DNA from: Oopsacas minuta
Lineage: Eukaryota > Animalia > Porifera
Reading direction: 5' to 3'
Length of the DNA stretch: 64,000 bases
Assembly: GCA_024704765.1 (NCBI GenBank)
Contig: JAKMXF010000033.1
Span: forward strand, 248,001-312,000
Under the pieces are notes generated by a model that was given only the letters and a program-made list of their open reading frames with translations, made no database searches and was not told where the DNA came from. Positions within the stretch are counted from its first letter, which is position 1. Every line of letters begins with the position of its first letter. Position numbers and translations under genes: made by a program. Below are positions 1-11,792 of the stretch, piece by piece.

Positions 1-303
1 AGTATGAAAAATATCAGAAATAGATTCCAGTAATGTGTATGGTAATGCTTTATTATCATTCAGAGTTTTGGCCGTCTCGCATTTAGCAATAGAAATGGGA
101 GAAAAGTTATATTTATTTCTTATTGAGTAGAGCGATACTGAAATAACCAAACACTTTGTAAAGTTAGAAAATATTCTTCTTCGTGTTCGTATAGAATTTA
201 TAAAATAGTAAGGCTTTATTCTGAATATCGGAGAAGATAAAACAAATCTCTGAAACATAAGAGAGCTACTGAAATAAGGTAGAATTACGTGATGAATAAA
301 CAT
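1..303 (-). CDS. Hypothetical protein, 5' part only (runs off the window); N-terminus resembles a mitochondrial transit peptide
   Basis: Manual translation from the ATG at 303 gives 101 open codons to position 1 (MFIHHVILPYFSSSLMFQRFVLSSPIFRIKP...RTRRRIFSNF...), Arg/Ser-rich and acid-poor at the start. Not in the ORF track because it has no stop in the window. Confidence 0.6.
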   Translation of the reverse strand, partial: MFIHHVILPYFSSSLMFQRFVLSSPIFRIKPYYFINSIRTRRRIFSNFTKCLVISVSLYSIRNKYNFSPISIAKCETAKTLNDNKALPYTLLESISDIFHT

Positions 304-365
304 GATACTCTACGTCTCGCTAAAGTACGCTCTTCACGCTAGTTACCCTCTACTCGTTATGCAAT

Positions 366-643
366 TCAGCTCGAATTATTTCGCATGCTGGATAATACGA
401 GCTTTTCTAATTTGAACACAGTAATGAACTTACAGTTACACTTCCCAAAACTTACATGTATCATATAAGTGGTAGAAATGTCGGCGGAGCACTTCACTAG
501 TAATTGTGAGTGCAAATTACAAAGTATGTCTCGTGTATTCGAAAAACAGATAAAGTCGACGGCGAATTCCGAAAATCTAACAATTAGTTTAGTAATACCA
601 CTAACAAGACAAGAAGTAAATGACACATATCTTAGGAATTGAT
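366..643 (-). CDS. Probable terminal exon of an unidentified gene
   Basis: Open frame of about 92 codons following an acceptor-like ttttag (645-644) and ending at stop 366; upstream exons not resolved (possible one near 960-1125). Confidence 0.3.
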
Positions 644-1271
644 CTAAAAGGCAATGGGAGGGATTATTAAATGCTTTGCTGAATTAATCAATAAAACCAC
701 AAATTATAATATCACACAACATGCACCTGTCATCTGACATATGTAATCATATATTTGAACTTGTTTTTCTGATTTATGGTAGGGTCCAGTAGGTGTTACT
801 TAAAGATAACATAAAGTAAGCATAAAGGGCTAGCATTTTATGATTGAATTAATTATACGGAGTATTTGAACTTCTGCTTATTTCTACCATACGTCCATTT
901 GTACTTTACAGTTGCAAATACACAATAATACATCTACAGTTATTAGTAGTTCTGCTTAAGGGAACACGCGTTTTACTTTATCCGTTGGGCTAGGAATGTT
1001 GTCCAACAAATCTATTAGGAAATCAATCTTATTTGAGAAATGTTTGCTTGCTGATTTGCAACTACCAACTTGGAAAAGGTCAAATAACAACGCACAAGCA
1101 TATTCCTGTTTTGACCTGTTTTCCTATAAAATTTTCAATTAATACACACAAACAGCTGCAATGTTATTCACAATTCAGCTTACAAATCTGGCGAAACATA
1201 TTCTACTAAGTTTGTGTATCGATTTGTTTTACAAATTCCATAAGATGGTAAACAAATAATAGCAACAAAAC

Positions 1272-4200
1272 ATGATAAATGCTTACAACGACATTTTGAC
1301 TCTCAAGCAAGAGGAGTTTTACACAAAAGAATTACGGAAACGTAAGAGAGAAGAGATATCGGTATTCCTTTCTGAACGAAACAATAAACTCAAAAGCGAT
1401 TCTATTCTATCTCACTCTCCTAGCACTGAAGCATTTCCTGTCTTCCCCCCGGCTCCTAACTCCGCCCCTCTATCAGTAACCGACCAAAACACACACACAG
1501 TCCCTGTCCATCACCTAATCCCTAACCCACAATGGGATCAATTCATAGAGGAGCAGTTACTACAAATGTTATGCAGCTGGAACCCTGATAAGCCTAGTAT
1601 TAGCAGTCTACACTTATGTGGAGTAGTACGTAAGCGTACAACTCATAAACAACTATCTCACATAACTCTCCTGCATATCTTAGACAAGCTAGCATTCTCT
1701 GGTCTTATCACTATCAATTCTAAATGTCCTACCTTTACGTTAGATGTTCCCCTGAAGAAGGAAGATATACCAGTATATGATCTTAGCTATGTTGATGTGT
1801 ATAAGGTCAAAGCTTATCTGGAAGAGGCAGAAACTCAAAATTATCTTTCTAAGAATATTGACACATTGACAGGTATGTTAAAGATACACTCAACTCGCGT
1901 TATGTCGAACAAAGATATATTGAAATGCCCGCGTATGTAGAAGTCTTAAAATTGTACAAATATGGTCACAAAACGTTAAAGTAATATACATTCCATCAGT
2001 GATATCGAAGTAATTATCATAGTCCCTTGAGCTTCGATATAACAGGAGTTGACTGTATGTAACTTAAGATATTTGTAGATGAAGAACTCTCCAACCTGAT
2101 AGAAGATCTATTACAAGCTACTACATATAGGGAAAGAGAGAACAAGAGAGTAGGAGATGAAATCAAAGATCTGTTAGAAAGACCTACCGTAAAGGAAAGA
2201 TACATACAGGAGAAGTTCCGTACACAAGGAGGCTCTAAGCTACGGACCTTCTGTCCTAGTGGGACTAAGGAAGAGTGCCGTAAAGCTAGAGGATCAGAAG
2301 CTGCTTGTAAAAGACTACATTTTAAGAAATTAATTAATCAACATACAGATGAGACTCTAGGTGAGTAGATTGATTGTTGTTGTTGTACTTTTACACACCC
2401 ACAATAATCACACAAAAGTATTTACAATTGGTCACCGAAATCGCAATATGGATACACCATGACATCAAATTTCAAACACATACCTCAAATAAAATCTTCG
2501 CTTCTAATACTACTACTACTCTTCTCAACTGTTTTTCTCATATATATTTTCACGAGTACTGCTGATATTGTTAGTACTCCATTGAATTCATATACAATCA
2601 CTTACTATAACATCTCTCAAACACGAACAGAGCCTCCATCAGTCAAAACACGGCCTCCATCAATTGTAACACATTCTAAACCATTATATCTGAGCTATCA
2701 ACCACCAGGTAATGGTTGGAACAATCAGAGAATGGCTTTCGAACATGCTGTCGTGTTTTCTCGCCTCCTAAACCGCACTCTCTTAGCTCCGCCCATGGCC
2801 CCTCACCTCCCCTTCATGAGGTACAAAGGACAGGGTCTTAATGATACTTATACCGGGTATAAAGTCTATAATGATCTTACAGCTGATCAGCTGATACCTA
2901 TGGATAGTATAATAGACTTCAAGCTTCTATCTGAGCTAATACAAGTACGAGCTAGTTCAGGTTCTCATATAGATTTCTTGAAAAGGAACTCTGCACTGAG
3001 TTGGCGACGTGTATGTCATAGCCCTGGGTATGGCTTTTGGATGGACAGAAGGCCGAAAAATGAGAGAGAAAATGAAACTCTTCAGTTTCAGAGTTACATT
3101 ATAATGGCTGACTGGTTGAATAAATGCAGTGAAGAGAAGAAACTGCTTGAGAATGGCCAGAAGCGCCCTTTCATTAGATTTCTATTAGACGAGCTATCTA
3201 ATATAAATGATGATATTATATATTTTGAAGAAGGAACTCTCTTTGGGATAGATTTCAGATTCCAAGAGTTACAGGATGTTGTCAAGGCTCAGACCTGGAT
3301 ATCAAAATTTATCATATATCACCCACAGATAGTTAAAGTAGCAAATAGTGTAGAGAAATATCTGATAGATAAAAGCTCACATGGATATAATGCTATGCAT
3401 GTTAGAAGAAATGACAGAAATTCAAAATACAGTGCGAAGTTCTGGTTAAAACGGGTTAAGAAGGAGTTCAAATTACCTCCCCTTCTACCGCTTTATGTAT
3501 CTACTGATGAGAGTAATTTAATGTTTTTCGAAACATTTCGTGAAGCTGGGTATACTCTCGTGTTTCGACAGAATATTCAAGATCTGTTCGTACTAGGAAA
3601 CACTGGACCGAGTAAAAGAGACGTTGATGGTATGTCCGAACAGATCGTCTGTGCGAGAGCTAAATCGTTTGTACCATCAATGAGATCTACTTTCACAACA
3701 CTGATACTGAGAATGAGAGATGAACTGCCTAGGAGAGACGGCGTATTTTTGAAAGGATATTACTTTATATGGGCAGAGCACTTTATTGATGAAAAAGCTA
3801 TGAAGAAATATAAATTTGGAAAAATTTGATTTTTCAATATTAAACAAATCCCTACATATTCAGTTAACACCTCAATATAGTGTACGTATTATAGTACAAA
3901 TTGTGCCAAGACATAACTTTTCTTGAAGAGGATTCTCTGACATACATTTTTGCAATTTTGAGCATACAAAACTGACCATGTGATATGCATGTGATATGCA
4001 TGTGATATAGTATTATTGGTTAATTTGATCTTATAGGTGATTGCTCATTCCTGAATACCTGTTTCCATATGGACACATGTAAGTTTGTCCACTACATGAT
4101 AGACGAGTCGATAGACGAACCTGACCAGAAATCGGACTCAGAGGGGACAGGGAAAAGAGCCATCGACTCTCAAGACAAAGATGGACAAGATGAATCCTCT

Positions 4201-4948
4201 CGTGCTCTAGTTGTAGCAGATTCTGCTATTCGTTACGAACGGATGTTATATCCTCCTCAATATATAAAATGTGATCTCAGATTCTTTAACTTCTCAGTAC
4301 TAGGTGAGAATATCTTCAGTTTTGTTGTATAAATTACAGGTTATACATAAAATGATTCTAGGTAACTTCGATATTGTAATGGCTGATCCCCCTTGGGATA
4401 TCCACATGGAGCTACCATACGGAACTCTCTCTGATGACGAAATGAAGGCGTTAGACATCCCCTCTCTACAAACAGATGGGTATATGTTCCTCTGGGTAAC
4501 AGGGCGGGCTATGGAACTTGGGAGGGAGTGTCTCTCTCTTTGGGGTTACAAACGAGTAGATGAGATCATCTGGGTAAAGACTAATCAACTACAGAGATTG
4601 ATAAGAACCGGACGTACTGGCCACTGGCTGAACCATGGCAAGGAGCATTGCCTAGTAGGAATGAAGGGCAACCCTACACGAATAAATAGAGGATTGGATT
4701 GTGACGTCATTGTAGCGGAAGTTAGAGAAACAAGTCATAAACCAGATGAGATATACGGGATTCTAGAGAGACTTGCTCCTGGTACGCTGAAATGTGAACT
4801 GTTTGGTCGTCAACACAACTGTCAGAGGAACTGGATAACCCTAGGCAATCAGCTAGACGGGGTTAAAATACTCGATCCTTTAATTTATCACAAATTCTAT
4901 CAATATTATCCAGACGGGAATGCTAACAGCAAACATCCCCGATTGTAA
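1272..4948 (+). CDS. METTL3: m6A methyltransferase catalytic subunit METTL3; exons 1272-1932, 2079-2360, 4037-4303, 4362-4948
   Basis: Spliced translation gives the leader helix/NLS, CCCH fingers (FCPSGTKEECR...CKRLHF...HTDETLG|DCSFLNTCFHMDTCKFVHY) and the MT-A70 domain with DPPW and RTGRTGHWLNHGKEHCLVG. All three introns are GT-AG and phase-consistent. Confidence 0.96.
1940..2055. mobile_element. MITE family A, one end truncated, in METTL3 intron 1
   Basis: agtcccttgagcttcgatataacaggagttgactg|ta is the reverse complement of the family A left end at 6335. Confidence 0.7.
2459..3829 (+). CDS. Intronless type II membrane GDP-fucose O-fucosyltransferase-like protein (GT-B fold), nested in METTL3 intron 2
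   Basis: 456 aa ORF with an N-terminal TM helix and a Ser/Thr/Pro stem; motifs GNGWNNQRM...LNRTLLAPP, AMHVRRND, LYVSTDE and EQIVCARAKSFVPSMRSTFT typical of POFUT/O-FucT family enzymes. Confidence 0.8.
   Translation: MTSNFKHIPQIKSSLLILLLLFSTVFLIYIFTSTADIVSTPLNSYTITYYNISQTRTEPPSVKTRPPSIVTHSKPLYLSYQPPGNGWNNQRMAFEHAVVFSRLLNRTLLAPPMAPHLPFMRYKGQGLNDTYTGYKVYNDLTADQLIPMDSIIDFKLLSELIQVRASSGSHIDFLKRNSALSWRRVCHSPGYGFWMDRRPKNERENETLQFQSYIIMADWLNKCSEEKKLLENGQKRPFIRFLLDELSNINDDIIYFEEGTLFGIDFRFQELQDVVKAQTWISKFIIYHPQIVKVANSVEKYLIDKSSHGYNAMHVRRNDRNSKYSAKFWLKRVKKEFKLPPLLPLYVSTDESNLMFFETFREAGYTLVFRQNIQDLFVLGNTGPSKRDVDGMSEQIVCARAKSFVPSMRSTFTTLILRMRDELPRRDGVFLKGYYFIWAEHFIDEKAMKKYKFGKI
3977..4008. repeat. 11 bp tandem repeat (catgtgatatg) x ~3
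   Basis: Seen directly, near the 3' end of METTL3 intron 2. Confidence 0.85.
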
Positions 4949-5006
4949 ATATAATAACGAACTTAAACTCTATTCAATTTGTTTTAATTATGAATACTAG
5001 CACAAG

Positions 5007-7132
5007 ATGACGTCATCACCAGAGGGCAATATGCAGACTCTTAAGGTACAATTGTTGTCAGGAGCAATGGAATGTTCAGACTACTGTCTGGTATCTAGCT
5101 CTAAATGGTGTGCAGAGCAAGCTAATGCTCTTTCCATCCCACTCACTGAAATTCCTGAAGTGCCTAAACTTAAAATATCACCATGTAACTATCCTCGTTA
5201 CATATTAGCTAAGAATCTATTCGCTATGAGGGAATATATGAGAGCTACACAACTACTTGAGTCCTGTAACGACACACCTGCTATGTTTCTAAAACTATAC
5301 TGTAGGTTAGTTGTTTACATGAATTGGAACATAACTTATGTAAATATAGTGGTAGAGTTATACAAATTGATCCCTCTGCAATTATTTTCCGCAAGCAATA
5401 CATTTGGATAATTTACAAGAACATAACTACGAGCATGAGTATAGTTGATACACTATTATTATATCTTAAGTTATCTACACGGAGAAAAACGTAAAGCCGA
5501 GAAGGCAGTAGACTCTGTTGATGTATTTGAACAGAGAGAAGGCACGAATAATCCAGAATTGAGACAACTTAAGACTAAAATCGAAGAGGTGATGGACAAT
5601 CTAGATGGATATGGATTATATTTGTATGCAGTTGTTCTCAGAGATTTGAACCTTAGAGAAGAAGCTATCAAAGAGCTTATTAAATCTGTAGATCAATCGC
5701 CTCTTAATTGGGCTGCTTGGCTACTTCTAGCAAAGACTGTATCTTCTAAGGAAGCTCTAGATGCTCTTACATTACCTCAGCATTGGATGCAGTCTTTCTA
5801 TATACCCCAGGTAAGATATGTGTCTTATATTTATTACGTCATTGTCTCTACCATTTGCACAAACATTTTATATGGAGTAACGTGACTGGTTACAAGGAAT
5901 GTGGGTTAATTAGCTCTGGTTACAGGTACACCTTGAACTCCAGTTATTCGAGGAAGCTGCTTCCTTCTACAAACAGCTGTCATTACAGGGGTTAGACAAG
6001 AGTCCCTTTATTCTGAGTCAGCTAGCGGTTTGTTATTACAACCTCAGAGAAATTGGTGATTCTTATGAATGTTTTGTGAGTCAGAGAGAGTTAGATCCTT
6101 ACTCCCTAGAGAATATGGATACCTTCTCGAATGTTCTATTTGTTAATAATATGAAGCCTGAGCTCTGCTTACTTGCTCAATCACTACAAGAGATTGAAAT
6201 GTATAAAGCTACCACTAGTTTTGTAGTAGCTAATTACTATAGTATTAGTAATCAGCATAGCATGGCTATTGTGTACTTCCAACGGGCACTGAAGATTAAT
6301 AGGAACTACCCGGCTGCTTGGATATTGCTTGGTGAGTCAACTCCTGTTATATCGAAGCTTAAGGGACTGTAATGATTACTTCGATACAACCGATGGAATA
6401 TATATTACTTTGACAATTTGGGACCATATTTGCACAATTCAGACTTAGATATAATGGGAGTTGACTGTATTCTATACAATCTGTATAGGTCATGAATACA
6501 TTGAACTTAAACAACCAGAGCTTGCTAACGAAGCCTACAGACAAGCTAAGGAGCTTAATGCTGGAGATTGGCGTGCCTGGTACGGACTAGGACAGACTCA
6601 TGAATTACTACAAATGCATTCATTCGCTCTACACTACTATAGACATGCAATGGAGCTTAGACCTAATGATTCACGTATGGTAGTAGCAATGGGAGTATGC
6701 TATGAGAATTTAGATAATCCTGACAAGGCTAAGAGATGTTTCCAAAGAGCTATTGCTCTCGGAGATAACGAGCAGACTGGGTTAGTCCATCTAGCGAAAC
6801 TTCACGAGACTCTTAAAGAGACAGAAGAAGCCACACGACTCTATCTACAGCTAGTCGACAAGGCTGAAAGATATGGACTCTTCCAGCCAGCGGACGAATT
6901 CAGTGCTCACCAATTCCTAGCCACTCATTTCTTATCAAACAAGGAATTAAATAAGGCTGAATTACATGCAAAGAAATGTTGTGAATTCCCACAAACCACA
7001 GAAATTGGTAAGAGTATACTTAAAGAGATCTACTCGGTAACTTCTGTATTCAAACCTAACCTTACTCTACCAGCTGATATATCTACAGGCAGTGATATGG
7101 ATCAAATATCTCCCAATGATTCTCTTAAATAG
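5007..7132 (+). CDS. CDC23: Anaphase-promoting complex subunit 8 (TPR protein), multi-exon
   Basis: APC8 motifs across exons: LDPYSLENMDTFSNVLFV, ANYYS...A..YFQRALK, AWILLG|HEYIELK, DWRAWYGLGQTHELL, RPNDSRM. Confidence 0.93.
6335..6467. mobile_element. MITE family A in CDC23 intron
   Basis: TIRs agtcaactcctgttatatc / gatataatgggagttgactg followed by TA. Confidence 0.8.
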
Positions 7133-7387
7133 CTACGCCACTTCTCTTCGCTCTTAGGTGTTAATTTATTTATACACAAATCACTTAAATTTATAGTTTT
7201 GTAGGTTTTCTCGAAATTGTGTTGTTATGACGAAAATGGTCCTTCAATACGCTCAGTAAATATCTAACCATGGATGGTGTATTTCTATAACATAAAATAC
7301 ACGAAATCTGCCATCCATGGTTAAATATCTAAGAAGCATATTAGGGATCATTTGTCAAATGATCTGTGTTTGAGTAGAATTAATGAG

Positions 7388-8719
7388 ATGCCTGCTGATA
7401 CACGGAATTCACAAAGACTCTACTATGTCCTCCTCCCAGATGGAGAGATTCTAGAGATATACTCACGGAGACCTGATATCACTTCAGGTGACGAAATATT
7501 CAACGAGGCTTGTAGAAGGATACAGCTGATTGAAATTGACTTTTTTGGTCTTAAACATAAAGAATATCCTACTGTACCTGAAAGATGGATAAATCTTAAA
7601 AATATTCTACAAATTGAGATAGGTTCAAAGCCAACTAATATGTCACATAGAGCATTCTACAGATTTTCTTTACAAATAAAGTTCTACGCTCCACCATACA
7701 TGATGTTGACTAGCAAATGTAGATATCTCTTCTATTTAGTAGAAAAATCAAAATTCCTAGACAATAATTTCTCTCTCTCCTTCTATGAAAAGATAGAAAT
7801 TGGCAGTCTGTTAGCTAGAATTGACTGTGAGTCGAATCTGACTGAAGCAGATAACTATTCTCAATTTATCCCTGACAGGACAAAGATAGGAAGTAGGATT
7901 ATACTAGCATCTCATATAGCATATAATCACGCAATCGACATACAGCTTGGCATAGAATCTACGTTACGAAATGATTCAATAATATCATTTCTAAGGAAAC
8001 TGTATTATCACAATGAGTATGGCAGACATTGGTATACATCTTTGCTATTCGGTTTGAGAGATTTGGAAATAAAGGGATCATTAGCTATAGGTATAAGCGA
8101 GGTTGTGATTACTGATTCAGCTGGAGATGAATTTTACAAGTTCTCACTGAGTGATATAACTAAAGTACAGAAATCAGTTACAGGAGAGTTCACGATAATC
8201 CTGAAAGATAGTCGTGAATCTTTGTTATACAAAAACATATCAGTATTATCGCTAGAACAAGAATGCTCTACAGAGCTTTATAGATTAATGGCTGAGACTG
8301 TATGTTTCTATTTATTCGATAAGGTTACACCAGAATTTAGAGATAAGTTACTACCCACTGGATCTAATACGCACATTTATTTGTATGATATAAAGATGAC
8401 AATCTGTGAGGCTTTCTGTAATTATTCGTCCCAGGTATTGGATGCTTCATCTAGTCGTTTGAACCTTGCACTCAAACTTTCTGATAAAATGCCAGATAAC
8501 TCATCACAACCAACAGGAAATACTTGTAACAAACTACAATCTCTTCGCTGTAAAATCTGTCTGTCATCTCCAATAGAAGTTGTCTTCACGGAATGTGGAC
8601 ACGCGGCCTGCTGTATTAATTGCTGGTTCTGTAATATCAATTCATGTCCCATATGTAGAGCTCCTTTACAATGGTATACTGCTAAGCCTATTATTTGTAC
8701 TCTAAGAGCTCTGCAGTGA
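7388..8719 (+). CDS. MYLIP: FERM + C-terminal RING E3 ligase, MYLIP/IDOL-like, intronless
   Basis: FERM N-lobe (ACRRIQLIEIDFFGL...WINLKN), IDOL-like LYRLMAETVCFY...YLYDIK segment, RING CKIC...CGHAACCINC...CPICR. First ATG at 7388 (the track uses an upstream TTG). Confidence 0.8.
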   Translation: MPADTRNSQRLYYVLLPDGEILEIYSRRPDITSGDEIFNEACRRIQLIEIDFFGLKHKEYPTVPERWINLKNILQIEIGSKPTNMSHRAFYRFSLQIKFYAPPYMMLTSKCRYLFYLVEKSKFLDNNFSLSFYEKIEIGSLLARIDCESNLTEADNYSQFIPDRTKIGSRIILASHIAYNHAIDIQLGIESTLRNDSIISFLRKLYYHNEYGRHWYTSLLFGLRDLEIKGSLAIGISEVVITDSAGDEFYKFSLSDITKVQKSVTGEFTIILKDSRESLLYKNISVLSLEQECSTELYRLMAETVCFYLFDKVTPEFRDKLLPTGSNTHIYLYDIKMTICEAFCNYSSQVLDASSSRLNLALKLSDKMPDNSSQPTGNTCNKLQSLRCKICLSSPIEVVFTECGHAACCINCWFCNINSCPICRAPLQWYTAKPIICTLRALQ

Positions 8720-8805
8720 TTGATACTTAATCTCTATTGTATATATTGTGCTTGTAACCTGTATCACTTCGCGAATTATATCAAATATGATAATTTACAT
8801 ATATT

Positions 8806-8900
8806 CAATCAACTCCTGTATATCGAAGCTCAAGGGACCATAATAATCACTTCGATATATCCGTGTTTTGTTCAATATAACGAGACTACGGGAGTTACTG
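8806..8900. mobile_element. MITE family A between MYLIP and CNOT10
   Basis: tcaactcctgtatatcgaagctcaagggac ... gggagttactg|ta. Confidence 0.7.
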
Positions 8901-8950
8901 TAATTAGTGTAATACCATTAATAAATATATGAAGTTAGAAATACAGATTT

Positions 8951-11581
8951 ATGGCTGATCACGAAGTAGACCTGGCTGAGTTAGCTAAGCGTAATTTCGA
9001 AGAGCAGAGCTTTGAATCTTGTTTGACTACTGTAAATAAGTTATGTGAGATTAAGAAGTCTGATCCTAAAGTATTGCATAACAGAGCTGTAGCTCACTAC
9101 TATCTTTCAAACCTTACACTTACAGACGACTTCAAAAAGATCTTGTATCAAGTAGACCAGCAAATGGGTAAGGAAGATACAATATCATTGAATGAATTTG
9201 TGATTTCAGTAGATACCCGGTTATGAGAAGCGCTACATGTTCTTATAATCCACATCCATTATTTATTTATTAGACAAAGAGGCTGAGGAGACAGGGGTAG
9301 AGCTCTCCCCTGTAGACAAGTCTGTCCTACTCTACAATCAATCAGTCCTGTTATTCCATCTCCGTCAGTATTCAGAGGCTCTGAGAATTCTAGAACGATT
9401 ATTCCATGTACGACAATCTCTGGAAGAGGTGTTAGCTTATAAAGTTGCATTCATGTGTTTGGATATTTATCTAAAAGCATATCGTAATGAATCTGCTTCA
9501 GAAATGATAGCATATTTAGACAAGTAAGATATACAAATTCCTTATAAGGAAATATATTACATAATACAATACAATACCAACGGACAGACAAAATTTGTTC
9601 TTATTAATAGGAGAATTATCAATAATACCAATTGAACTGATTTTGTGTAAATATTCGTTCGTCTTATCCAGAAATTCGTATTAACTTGTTCCACTATAGT
9701 TTGCTATTTAATGGTAACAGGCAAGACATCTCAATAGAGCTTAGCATCTCTCCACACTTCAATACTGATATATACAAACCATTAATGCATCAGTTTAGAG
9801 CTAGACTCTATCTAGCTGTCAGACAGCTAAAGAATGCTAAGAAAGAGGTTAAAGATTTATCTCTGCTACTCTCTCAGACCCAGCAGGGACAAGAAGAGAC
9901 AGACTCTACCCCAGACACGATACAAAGCCCTACTCTATATCTAGCAGCTATCTTCTTAAGAAGTAACTATGAGTTTCTAAGAGGTATATAACCAATAATT
10001 CTCGTTATAACGAAGGGAATCGCTTCATTATAACGGAAACTAACTGTACTTTATTGCTACTATTTGAAGGTAATTATCGTAAGAGTCTGAAGCTGTTGAG
10101 CACATCACCTCGTACTCCTTTCCTAACAGACTGTGGAGAATGTGTTCCTTCTCTATACTTCAATAATATAGCTAGTTGTCATGCAATGATGGGTAAACAT
10201 ACTTTAGCTTCATTCTACTTCAAGAAAGCATTAGAAGAGAATGACAGAGCGTTAACAGGTAATTATACCTATCAGTCTTTATGTAAACTAGTATTCAATT
10301 TATTTTCATAGATTTCCCACCCACTGACCGGTCTGTGCCTCTAGCTGGGAGACCCCTAGCTGTGTTAGGTGTTAACAGACACCATGAGCTTATATACCAG
10401 CTGGGGTTACAGCTGTTATTCTCTGGCAAGCCTACACAGGCGTTTGAAGCTCTGTTAGGAGCAGTCCAAGTGTTCCGGACTAATCCACGTATTTGGTACA
10501 GACTTGCTGATGCTTGTATTGCTAGCTGGCAACTTAAAGAGAAGGAACAGGTGAGATTAACAACAGCACTTTGTTATTTTCATTATTTGTATTATTCTGC
10601 TTATAGATTAGGCAAGAACATAACATGAGTAGTACCGTTCAAGTAATTGAGGGACAGGGTATCAATCGTAAGCTCCTCCTTACCCCTATGAGACTACAGT
10701 CTCACAGACCTCTGACAGGATCTGTTGAATCCCAATCAGCTGTTCCTATGCCTACACTAGAATTTGGATCTCTGTGTGTAAAGAATGCTATACATCTGCT
10801 TGAAATGGCTAAGGTATGTTGCTGGTAGCAAACAGTTTGATTTATATAACAAATATTTATTATATTTTAGAACGAATCGTTTATTGGATCACACCATTCC
10901 TCAATGCCAGGCCCGTCTCTAACTGCCTCAGAATATGATTCTCTTCACGCATCTACACTAGCCTGTGGAGCTTACATCTCTCTCGGACTGTGTGACCCAG
11001 TAGTAGCACTACAGTATTGTAACAAACTTCTAGAATGCGCTAATCTAAGTCCTCAGCTAAAATACCTAGGAGCTATCTACAAGGCAGAAGCTCTAATACT
11101 AAATGGTAGCAGTTCTGTGTCTCTAAATATAATATAGATATCATAATAAAATTAATTAGGAAACGTACAGGAAGCAGGTGAGCTCTTGTCCCCAGAGACA
11201 ATACAAGATACCTGGTTCCCTGAGGTTATGGACCAAGAACCATTGCAACCACAACAAGAAGAAGGAATGTCTCAGCCAAGAATATCCTCTCTTCGAATAA
11301 CTCGTCAGAACGATTTCCCTAGCTCAGGGAACCATGCTCGTCTAATAACATACTTAAACCTGTGTAGTGTATTCTGTATTGCTGGGGAGTTCGAGAAAGC
11401 TAGAGGCTGTCTCATGGCTGTATCTCACCTCGGAATAGAAGCTACACATCCTAATGCTGTCCTATTAGCTGTGTATATTGAATTACAGACAGGAAATGTT
11501 GGTAACGCTCTGCGACTCATCAAGCGAAATCAATATGTGTTAGCTAATAGAGTTGATAGAAAGAAAGCTAAAAAATCATAG
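8951..11581 (+). CDS. CNOT10: CCR4-NOT complex subunit 10, multi-exon
   Basis: DPKVLHNRAVAHY, GNYRKSLKLL, LYFNNIASCHAMMGKH, ELIYQLGLQLL...PTQAFEALL, NPRIWYRLADACI, AVLLAVYIELQTGN...ALRLIKR. Confidence 0.9.
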
Positions 11582-11792
11582 AAATAATGTATACCGTTTG
11601 TAGCAAGCTCATGATTACATTAATAGAGCACTGTCATGTTGTTATCTAGTGGAAACAGGGAAATTCTGGTAACTAAGTGAAAATTATTTGAGCGAATTCC
11701 AAGTCGATTTTTCGGTGTCCATGACACTCCGTTTGTGGATGTTACACTATATTCTTTTCCTTGTTATTTGCAATTAGAATATATTGCTACTA

